Of a stretch of 64,000 nucleotides of DNA, positions 56,980-64,000 are shown one piece after another. Both the position numbers and the translations under genes were made by a program. Within the stretch, counting starts at the first letter, position 1. Each line of letters begins with the position of its first letter. Source of the DNA: an uncultured Candidatus Saccharibacteria bacterium (GTDB taxonomy: Bacteria; Patescibacteriota; Minisyncoccia; Phycocordibacterales; UBA9973); contig CAZRDO010000001.1 of assembly GCA_964599225.1 (NCBI GenBank), positions 15,153 to 79,152 on the forward strand, written 5' to 3'. A model generated the notes under the pieces. It had not been told where the DNA came from, searched no databases, and saw only the letters and a list, made by a program, of their open reading frames with translations.

Positions 56980-57636
56980 ATGACCGTTACCCTAAAAGCC
57001 GACGCACGTACCCTCGGCGAAAGTGTTGAAAATATCAGAAAAGCTGGCAAAATCCCGGCTGTTTTTTACGGTGCCAAAGCCTCTTCAACAGCAATTACCG
57101 TCAACGACAAAGAGTTTCTCAAAGTCCTCCACGAGGCTGGAGAATCAACCGCAATTAGTCTCAAAACTCCAACTGAGACCCTTGACGTCATGATTCATGA
57201 TATTCAGTTTGATCCAGTGAAAAATAAGCCTCTTCACGTTGATTTCCTCGTCATTGATATGAATAAGCCAATTACCGTTAAAGTTCCTATCGAATTTACT
57301 GGTATCGCACTTGCAGTCAAAAACAGTCTCGGTAATCTCGTTGAGGTCCTTCATGAAATAGAAATTGAAGCTCTTCCTAAGAATCTGCCACACTCACTTC
57401 CAATTGACGTATCAATACTCGCCGAAGTTGATCAGAAACTTCAAATATCAGACATTGCTGTCCCAGCTGGCGTTACAATTCTTGATAATCCAGAAGAAAT
57501 CGTTGCTCTCATTGCACCGTTTGTTGAGGAAAAGGAAGAAGTAGAACCTATTGACCTCTCAGTAATTGAAGTAGAGAAAAAGGGTAAAAAGGATGATGAC
57601 ACCCCTCTAGCGGAGGCAGAAACTCCTGTTGCATAG
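56980..57636 (+). CDS. rplY: 50S ribosomal protein L25 / general stress protein Ctc (long form)
   Basis: Two-domain L25/Ctc form (…RKAGKIPAVFYGAK…HVDFLVIDM…) with an acidic C-terminal tail. Confidence 0.88.
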   Translation: MTVTLKADARTLGESVENIRKAGKIPAVFYGAKASSTAITVNDKEFLKVLHEAGESTAISLKTPTETLDVMIHDIQFDPVKNKPLHVDFLVIDMNKPITVKVPIEFTGIALAVKNSLGNLVEVLHEIEIEALPKNLPHSLPIDVSILAEVDQKLQISDIAVPAGVTILDNPEEIVALIAPFVEEKEEVEPIDLSVIEVEKKGKKDDDTPLAEAETPVA

Positions 57637-57665
57637 CTCCAAGTAGACTGTGGTATAATATATCC

Positions 57666-59045
57666 ATGGTCCGCTCTATACGCAGTATCACCATAGCACT
57701 ACTTATTACACTTCTTTCCGGAAGTAGTGTTTTTGTGCTATTTGCTCCATCCCAAATTGCAAAAGCTGAAACTGTCCAGGATGTTGAGGCACAAGAAGCC
57801 AAACTTAAAGCTGAACTTGCTGCACTTGAGCTTGAAATTGCGGCAAAACAAAAGGAACTTGATTCACAGAAAGGCCAATCAGCTTCAATTTCTCGAGACA
57901 TTTCAATTCTGACCACTCAAATCAATAAAGCCAAACTTGATATCAAGTCACGCCAACTCACTATCACAAAACTGACTGGGGAAATTAACCAGAAAAGCTC
58001 TGCTATTGAGACACTTGAGGAGCAGATGGCTAATTCAAAAAATTCCTTGGGTCAGATCCTTAGAAAGACCAATGAAATTGATGATCTTTCAATCGTCAAT
58101 GTGGTACTTTCGAGTAATACACTTTCAAATTTCTATGGAGATGTGGACTCTTTTGCTTCACTGAAGCGTTCGATGAAAGTCTCACTTGACCTTATTAAAC
58201 AAAATAAAACTCAGACGGAAACAGAGAAGGATGAGCTGAAGAAAAAACAAGACGCCGAACTTGATGCGAAAGCAGAGATCGAAAACGCAAAGCATAAAGT
58301 TGAAGTTTCAGAGGGTCAAAAGAAGCAACTTCTAGCTGTTAGTAAGGATAAAGAAAAATCATACCAAACAATCCTTGCCGATCGACAAAAGAAGGCTGCA
58401 CAAATTCGAGCGACACTCTTTGCACTTCGTGACACGAGCTCAATCCCATTTGGTGATGCACTGGTCTTTGCAGAAGAAGCACAAAAGAAAACCGGTGTTC
58501 GTCCAGCATTCCTCCTGGCTATACTCACACAAGAGTCATCCCTCGGTAAAAATGTTGGTTCATGCTATCTTACCGATCCTATCACTGGTGCCGGAGTTGG
58601 AGCTAAGACTGGAACAAGTATCCCTAGTGTTATGAAGCCCTCCCGAGACGTGGCACCATTTCTAGAGATCACCAAGGCGCTCGGTCGTGATCCGTACAAA
58701 ACTCTTGTCTCATGCCCAATCGCTGGTTATGGCTACGGGGGCGCAATGGGACCGGCTCAATTTATCCCTTCAACGTGGAAGCTTTTTCAAGCGAAAATTG
58801 CCACGACCACAGGGCATAATCCACCGAATCCTTGGCTTCCAGAGGACGCCTTTATGGCCTCCGCACTCTATTTGGCTGATCTAGGAGCAGGTGCTGGTAC
58901 CTATACAGCCGAGAAAACTGCTGCCTGTCGCTATTACGGAGGAGGTACAGCCTGTACTGCAGTCACCTCTGTCTATGGTAATTCTGTAATGGTGAAAGCC
59001 ACAACTATCCAGCAAACCATGATTGACCCACTGAAGGATTTATGA
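57666..59045 (+). CDS. secreted coiled-coil protein with C-terminal SLT-like lytic transglycosylase domain
   Basis: Signal/TM, ~250 aa coiled coil (EAKLKAELAALELEIAAKQKELD…), then TQESSLG (catalytic Glu-Ser), GPAQFIPSTW and ASALYL, typical of SLT-family transglycosylases. Confidence 0.6.
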   Translation: MVRSIRSITIALLITLLSGSSVFVLFAPSQIAKAETVQDVEAQEAKLKAELAALELEIAAKQKELDSQKGQSASISRDISILTTQINKAKLDIKSRQLTITKLTGEINQKSSAIETLEEQMANSKNSLGQILRKTNEIDDLSIVNVVLSSNTLSNFYGDVDSFASLKRSMKVSLDLIKQNKTQTETEKDELKKKQDAELDAKAEIENAKHKVEVSEGQKKQLLAVSKDKEKSYQTILADRQKKAAQIRATLFALRDTSSIPFGDALVFAEEAQKKTGVRPAFLLAILTQESSLGKNVGSCYLTDPITGAGVGAKTGTSIPSVMKPSRDVAPFLEITKALGRDPYKTLVSCPIAGYGYGGAMGPAQFIPSTWKLFQAKIATTTGHNPPNPWLPEDAFMASALYLADLGAGAGTYTAEKTAACRYYGGGTACTAVTSVYGNSVMVKATTIQQTMIDPLKDL

Positions 59046-59060
59046 TAGAGTTGTCATACT

Positions 59061-59285
59061 ATGCAGAAAAAAATCCATCCAACATATTACGCAAAAGCAG
59101 CTGTCACATGCTCATGTGGCGCAACTTATACTGTCGGTTCTACGATTGAATCATTCAAGGTTGAGATTTGCCGTGCCTGCCATCCTTTCTTCTCTGGAAA
59201 TGAGAAACTCATCGATACTGCAGGACGTGTTGATAAATTCAAGAAGCGTCGTGAAAGTGCAAAGAAACCAGTAAATAGTAAGTAG
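59061..59285 (+). CDS. rpmE: 50S ribosomal protein L31 (zinc-binding type)
   Basis: MQKKIHPTYY…CSCG…CRACHPFFSG. Confidence 0.92.
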   Translation: MQKKIHPTYYAKAAVTCSCGATYTVGSTIESFKVEICRACHPFFSGNEKLIDTAGRVDKFKKRRESAKKPVNSK

Positions 59286-59346
59286 TAAATAATACGTAGA
59301 GAATCATAAGAGATATCCTCTATTATTTACTTTTAACTATCTACTA

Positions 59347-60315
59347 ATGAATCTAGAAGAAGTCAAAAAAAATTATAAAACAGCTTACCTCGGCGAAAGC
59401 TACGAGCATCTTCTGCGTGAAGAAGAAAAAGTACGAGAACTACTTCTTGCTGATCCAACCATGGAGGAACTCGTAACGGAGGAGCTAAAAAATATTCTGG
59501 ATCAGAAAGCTGAGATTGAACGACAAGTCCTAGAAATTGAGAAGCATGATGTCGAGGTAGAGGAGTCACCACGCGAAATCATACTTGAGGTCCGTGCTGG
59601 GGCCGGAGGGGATGAGGCAAGCCTTTTTGCCGCTGAACTAGCAGGGATGTATTCCGGCTACGCAACTGCAAGTGGCTGGTCATGGAAAAAGGAATCAGAA
59701 TCCATTACTGATGTTGGTGGCTACAAAGAAGCGACATTTGAAATTAAAGGTGAAGGAGTATATGATGATCTTCGTTACGAGACTGGTGTCCATAGAGTTC
59801 AACGTATTCCAGACACAGAGAAAAATGGTCGCATTCATACTTCGACTGCATCAGTTGCGGTGCTACCTATTCGCAAAAAAGTGACGTTTGAAATCAATCC
59901 TGCAGACCTCGAAATGGAATATTCTCGCTCAGGCGGCGCAGGAGGGCAGAATGTGAATAAAATTGAAACGGCCGTCCGTCTTGTGCATAAGCCTACTGGT
60001 ATCGATGTACGTGCGACGAGCGAGCGCACTCAACGTGGTAATCGCGAGCGTGCCATGGAAATCCTGACAGCTAAACTTCTCGCACTCAAGGAGGAGGAGG
60101 AAGCTAAGAAATACTCAGCTGATCGCAAGAACCAGATTGGGACAGGGGATAGAAGTGAGAAAATTCGTACGTATAACTTTCCACAAGATCGTGTTACTGA
60201 TCACCGCATCAAAGAATCATGGTCAAATATTCCTGTCATCATGAAAGGCGATATTGCTAAAATTATTGATTCACTTAAGAATTTTACTGGCGAGACTAGT
60301 ATGCTCGAAGAATAG
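59347..60315 (+). CDS. prfA: peptide chain release factor 1
   Basis: GGQ motif ([11 protein letters not shown]) and the RF1-type tripeptide region [14 protein letters not shown] (PxT class, not SPF). Confidence 0.88.
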   Translation: MNLEEVKKNYKTAYLGESYEHLLREEEKVRELLLADPTMEELVTEELKNILDQKAEIERQVLEIEKHDVEVEESPREIILEVRAGAGGDEASLFAAELAGMYSGYATASGWSWKKESESITDVGGYKEATFEIKGEGVYDDLRYETGVHRVQRIPDTEKNGRIHTSTASVAVLPIRKKVTFEINPADLEMEYSRSGGAGGQNVNKIETAVRLVHKPTGIDVRATSERTQRGNRERAMEILTAKLLALKEEEEAKKYSADRKNQIGTGDRSEKIRTYNFPQDRVTDHRIKESWSNIPVIMKGDIAKIIDSLKNFTGETSMLEE

Positions 60316-60323
60316 ACTCTTTG

Positions 60324-61049
60324 CTAGAAAGTAATTCTTGAGAAGCGAACAACTCCAAATTGATCTGTGAAGAACTCTGTATGAGGAGCGAGTTTTATAA
60401 TTTCCTCTTGCTGTTCTGGTTCGTGTTCCAGGTACAATATACCTCCTTTGTTTAGGTGTTGAGATACTTCTTTCAATACTCTCTTAATAATCTCAGTTCC
60501 ATGCTCTCCTCCAAATAAGGCTTCATGTGGTTCATGCCTAATGACGTTCTTTTGTATGCGACGCTCGAGTAGGGGATCAATATAGGGAGGGTTACAGACT
60601 ACGACATCATATTTTGTATGAATATTTTCAAACAAATCTCCACCTAAGACTTGGGTTCTCGCTGGATTAATTCCATTTTCTATAATATTTTTTGTAATTG
60701 TGGCATGGTGTGAAGGGTTCATTTCAACAAAATCTGCATTTACGTGTTGAATTTCGTGCAATAGTGCAACACCAATACAGCCTGAGCCTGCACAGAGATC
60801 CAGGATATTTAGCTTAGAAATATTTTTCTCTTTTAATTCTTTACTTAACTCTCCCACCCCATATTCAGTCTCAGTTCGTGGAATAAGAGGCTTTGAATCA
60901 AGATATATTTTCGTGCCGAGGAACGGTACCCACCCAATTACATAAGCAAGCGGCTCACCCTCTTTGAGTCGCTCTATATCAGAATAAAATGCATCAGTTT
61001 TTTGACCTGCATATTTATCTCGTAGTAGCCAAGCTATTTCTTGTTCCAT
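60324..61049 (-). CDS. prmC: release factor glutamine N5-methyltransferase PrmC (HemK)
   Basis: SAM-binding LDLCAGSGCIG and the NPPY catalytic motif, with an N-terminal HemK-type domain (EPLAYVIGWVPFLG). Confidence 0.85.
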   Translation of the reverse strand: MEQEIAWLLRDKYAGQKTDAFYSDIERLKEGEPLAYVIGWVPFLGTKIYLDSKPLIPRTETEYGVGELSKELKEKNISKLNILDLCAGSGCIGVALLHEIQHVNADFVEMNPSHHATITKNIIENGINPARTQVLGGDLFENIHTKYDVVVCNPPYIDPLLERRIQKNVIRHEPHEALFGGEHGTEIIKRVLKEVSQHLNKGGILYLEHEPEQQEEIIKLAPHTEFFTDQFGVVRFSRITF

Positions 61050-61058
61050 TATTTATTC

Positions 61059-61132
61059 GGTGGGCGGCATAAGAATCGAACTTATGACCTCTGTCTTATC
61101 AGGACAGCGTTCTACCACTGAACTAGCCGCCC
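61059..61132 (-). tRNA. tRNA-Ile (anticodon GAU)
   Basis: The reverse complement folds canonically: acceptor GGGCGGC/GCCGCCC, D-arm GTTC-AGTGGTA-GAAC, anticodon loop CTGATAA (GAU), T-arm ATAAG-TTCGATT-CTTAT and discriminator A. Confidence 0.85.
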
Positions 61133-61372
61133 AATGCAAGCTGTTCAATTCATTTAATACTCTATCAAATGTTGTTGAACTATATCAAAAAAACACTAAA
61201 TTGACAATATCAGTAAAATAAAATCACCGGCTTAAAACCAGTGATAAAGTAATAAAGAAACACACGCGATAAGAAGGACTGTTATCCACATAAATCATTG
61301 CAGGTACTATTAGGGGAGCTATACTATCTCAGGTCGAATTAATTTGACCGGTAATGTATATACACTACTCGC

Positions 61373-61804
61373 ATGGTTAAAAAGCTTGCAATAGTGTTTG
61401 GAATTGTTTTCGTTGTTGTCGGCTTACTTGGATTTATTTCAAATCCAATCGTCGGTGATGCGGGAATCTTCCATACAAATGCACTGCACAATATTGTGCA
61501 TCTCTTGGTAGGTATCATCCTCCTCTGTGTTGCAAAAAATGAAAAGAATGCAGCGAAAGCGATGAAAATCTTTGGTATTGTCTATCTTTTGTTAGCAATC
61601 CTCGGTTTCATTTCTTTGGACATCCTTTCATTTATTTCAGCAAATGGGGCCGATAACATACTTCATTTGGTGTTAGGTATTGTGCTTCTCGTTGTTGGTA
61701 TGAAAGCCAGCAAGGGGGCACCTATGAAAATGAGTTCACCTATGACACCTCCAACATCTGGTAGCGCAGATGCTGGTATGTCTGGAGGATCTCCTCATAT
61801 GTAG
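61373..61804 (+). CDS. DUF4383-like membrane protein
   Basis: Four TM helices with the recurring LLGFIS…NI(V/L)HL(L/V)LGI repeat and a Ser/Pro/Gly-rich C-terminal tail. Confidence 0.45.
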   Translation: MVKKLAIVFGIVFVVVGLLGFISNPIVGDAGIFHTNALHNIVHLLVGIILLCVAKNEKNAAKAMKIFGIVYLLLAILGFISLDILSFISANGADNILHLVLGIVLLVVGMKASKGAPMKMSSPMTPPTSGSADAGMSGGSPHM

Positions 61805-61890
61805 TCGCATTGCAAAAATTCGCAAAACACACTCGAAATTCGAGTGTGTTTTGTTTTAGGATTTATGGCGTTTTTCTGTATACTTTCTAG

Positions 61891-62571
61891 ATGAGTACAC
61901 TCTACATAGTCGCTACACCAATTGGGAACCTTAAGGATATTACACTTCGAGCTATTGAAGTATTGGGAAATGTTGACTATATTTTGGCTGAAGACTCTAG
62001 GGTGTCTAAAGTATTACTCGACTCACTCACAATAGAAAAGCCGATCATTTCCTATAAAAGTAGGGCTACTAAAACAGTCCACGACAAAGTGATTCGTCTT
62101 TTGGAAGAAGGCAAGAATCTTGCACTCATTTCCGATGCAGGCACACCTGGGATTCAAGACCCTGGGACGTACCTTGTGGCACTTATTCGAAAGCATTTTG
62201 GAGATGAAGTTCCTATTGTGCCCATTCCTGGCGCTTCAGCATTGACTACCGCACTCTCTGTCGCCGGAATACCGGTAAATGAATTTACTTTTCTCGGCTT
62301 CTTGCCTCATAAGAAAGGGAGGGAGACTTTACTCAAACGCATCAGTAAAAATGATGCTACTTATGTCTTCTATGAATCGCCTCACCGTTTTCTTAAAATG
62401 CTTGACGGTTTAAAAAAGTTTGAATTTAGTGGCACACTTATCATTTTCCGGGAGCTTACTAAAAAATTTGAAGAAATTAAGGCTGGTACTGTGGAAGAAA
62501 TCAAATGCTACTACAATACCCATGCAGACAAGATGCGAGGTGAGTTTGTGATCATTGCACACAACGAATAG
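61891..62571 (+). CDS. rsmI: 16S rRNA 2'-O-ribose C1402 methyltransferase RsmI
   Basis: Tetrapyrrole-methylase fold (LYIVATPIGNLKDITLRAIEVL…ISDAGTPGIQDPG). Confidence 0.88.
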   Translation: MSTLYIVATPIGNLKDITLRAIEVLGNVDYILAEDSRVSKVLLDSLTIEKPIISYKSRATKTVHDKVIRLLEEGKNLALISDAGTPGIQDPGTYLVALIRKHFGDEVPIVPIPGASALTTALSVAGIPVNEFTFLGFLPHKKGRETLLKRISKNDATYVFYESPHRFLKMLDGLKKFEFSGTLIIFRELTKKFEEIKAGTVEEIKCYYNTHADKMRGEFVIIAHNE

Positions 62572-62623
62572 TATGAGCATCATCTGCTTTCCAAATTACA
62601 GGCTCCTTAGTATACTAATCTCT

Positions 62624-62824
62624 ATGACACCAAAATTAGAATACATTTTACTTGCTTTCGGGATTTGGATTATGGGACTTGCATATCTAGGCTTTCCAAG
62701 ACCATTTAAGAATTTACTATATGTTGTAACAGGATTGCTTCTCATTGTACTTGCGTATCTAGTTTATCAGAGGAAAAAAGATCGTATGAAAAGAAAAAAT
62801 TTAGTAGCAACTGAGATTCAATAA
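62624..62824 (+). CDS. small hypothetical membrane protein
   Basis: Two TM helices in ~66 aa. The longer ORF from 62555 overlaps rsmI. Confidence 0.3.
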   Translation: MTPKLEYILLAFGIWIMGLAYLGFPRPFKNLLYVVTGLLLIVLAYLVYQRKKDRMKRKNLVATEIQ

Positions 62825-62833
62825 AATTCACTA

Positions 62834-64000
62834 ATGAAATCTTCTAAAACTACACTTTGCATTATTTTCTGCATTATCGTTGTAGTAGGTATAGTGCTAT
62901 ATAAAGTACAGGACACTGTCTTCTCAATCTCCTATTCACAGCCTGCAGTTGCAAGTTCTGGACTTACGCTCGCAAAAGAACCTGCATTAGAAGTCCCATT
63001 ACCTCCTCCTATAACCCACATAGATACGCCGACAGAGGTTAGAGGGCTTTATATGAGTGCCTGTGTGGCTGGAACACCGAGCCTCCGCAATAAAATGGTA
63101 GGAGTGGTTGAAAGAACTGAAGCCAATACTCTTATTATTGATGTGAAGGATTATTCAGGTGGAATTTCTTTTGTTCCCAATGATGCAAGTCTTGTTCCAT
63201 ATATTTCAACCCGATGTAAAGTTAAAGATATGCAATTATTTATTAATGAATTGCATGAAAAGGATATTTATATTATCGGTCGTGTCACAGCATTCCAAGA
63301 CCCGCTTTTTACAAAGAAAAACCCTGAATCAGCAATCCGGAAGAAAAGCGATGGAGGGATGTGGCTCGATAAGAATGGACTTGCCTATATTGACCCAGCA
63401 TCAAAAGACGCCTGGGATCATTTAGTAAAAATTGCCGAAGATGCACACAATATTGGATTTGATGAAATAAATTTTGATTACATCCGTTATCCATCAGATG
63501 GTCCAATTACGGATATACGTATACCTTCTGGTGAGGGGAGTACGAAGCAGTTTGTACTAAATTCTTTTTTTACCTATCTCCATGAAAAAATGGTTGCGGC
63601 TGAGATAGTTCATTCGGCTGATCTCTTTGGTATGACCACAACGAACACTGATGACCTAGGAATCGGTCAGGTGCTTGAAGATGCGCTCAGAAATTTTGAT
63701 TTTGTCGCGCCTATGGTCTACCCATCTCACTACCCACCAGGCTGGAATAACTATTCATTGCCTGATAAATACCCATATGAAGTAATTAAAGTTGCAATGG
63801 GTAAGGCAGTTGAAAGAGCTACACTCTTAGGTGTTTCTCCAAAGAAACTACGTCCATGGCTTCAAGATTTTGAACTCCATCATGTTCCATACACTGCAGA
63901 TATGGTACGCAAGCAAATGCAAGCCTCATATGATGTTGGGCTCGATAGCTGGATGCTCTGGGATGCTGCTAATACCTACACTGAGTCTGCGCTTCTAGTA
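62834..64000 (+). CDS. membrane-anchored glycoside-hydrolase-like TIM-barrel protein (DUF4015/GHL10-like), partial at window end
   Basis: Hand-translated open frame of 389 codons running to the window edge. N-terminal TM, then motifs seen in YngK-like putative glycosidases (…IDVKDYSGG…NFDYIRYP…MVYPSHY…MLWDAAN). Not listed in the ORF track because it lacks a stop. Confidence 0.5.
   Translation, partial: MKSSKTTLCIIFCIIVVVGIVLYKVQDTVFSISYSQPAVASSGLTLAKEPALEVPLPPPITHIDTPTEVRGLYMSACVAGTPSLRNKMVGVVERTEANTLIIDVKDYSGGISFVPNDASLVPYISTRCKVKDMQLFINELHEKDIYIIGRVTAFQDPLFTKKNPESAIRKKSDGGMWLDKNGLAYIDPASKDAWDHLVKIAEDAHNIGFDEINFDYIRYPSDGPITDIRIPSGEGSTKQFVLNSFFTYLHEKMVAAEIVHSADLFGMTTTNTDDLGIGQVLEDALRNFDFVAPMVYPSHYPPGWNNYSLPDKYPYEVIKVAMGKAVERATLLGVSPKKLRPWLQDFELHHVPYTADMVRKQMQASYDVGLDSWMLWDAANTYTESALLV

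Noticed and set aside
1-64000. CRISPR array or cas genes
   Set aside because: I scanned for short direct repeats at regular 25-40 nt spacing and for Cas signature proteins. No array or cas gene is present. The Cas2-like flavour of the 37978..38505 regulator is only a fold-level resemblance.
1-64000. Alternative genetic code (UGA or UAG reassignment)
   Set aside because: The conserved proteins are full length and colinear with homologs under the standard code. No in-frame stops need to be read through.

Overview
This 64 kb window is a gene-dense chromosomal segment from a low-GC bacterium using the standard genetic code; long housekeeping ORFs are intact and show no in-frame TGA read-through. 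Several traits suggest a reduced-genome lineage, possibly CPR/Patescibacteria-like, but this is inference only: a short AlaRS lacking the C-Ala domain, a split transketolase, a class I aldolase, an HrcA-less grpE/dnaK locus and many small membrane ORFs.

Core content, in order:
- dcw-cluster start (rsmH, ftsL-like, ftsI)
- a lexA / GIY-YIG / dinB SOS operon with a Cheo-type LexA box at the lexA start
- tRNA-Glu(CUC), trxB, ftsZ-ftsA, ybeY, rpsU, a PriA homolog with degenerate ATPase motifs, mreB, holB-like, frr, rseP
- a sigma-70 region-4 HTH fused to a HARE-HTH domain, mltG, a DnaQ-like exonuclease, mnmA, mgtC, an M3 oligoendopeptidase, alaS
- an actin-like ATPase paired with a large bitopic membrane protein
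- the alpha operon: infA, rpmJ (missed by the ORF track), rpsM, rpsK, rpsD, rpoA, rplQ, then rplM-rpsI
- grpE, a divergent wHTH regulator, a DUF3467-like gene, dnaK, gatB, gap
- a sugar-phosphate block: rpiB, rpe-like, split tkt, PfkB kinase, class I FBA, FAD oxidase
- rplY, an SLT-like lytic transglycosylase with a coiled coil, rpmE, prfA with a convergent prmC, tRNA-Ile(GAU), rsmI, and a truncated glycoside-hydrolase-like lipoprotein

Accessory or unusual regions:
- an islet next to tRNA-Glu (5.4-8.4 kb) with an XRE regulator, an SDH/ClpP-like serine protease, a small overlapping ORF, unknown proteins and an inverted tRNA 3'-half-like fragment
- a GC-rich, structure-rich non-coding patch (5.8-6.1 kb)
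- a low-GC islet after gap (44.4-46.4 kb) marked by a diverged duplicate of the gap 3' end, carrying four small membrane-anchored Cys-motif peptides
- a perfect 18-bp inverted repeat upstream of the sigma-r4/HARE-HTH gene
- a consensus sigma-70 promoter plus an 8-N10-8 palindrome in front of the DUF3467-dnaK unit, in place of CIRCE/HrcA control

No CRISPR array, rRNA or clear transposase was seen.
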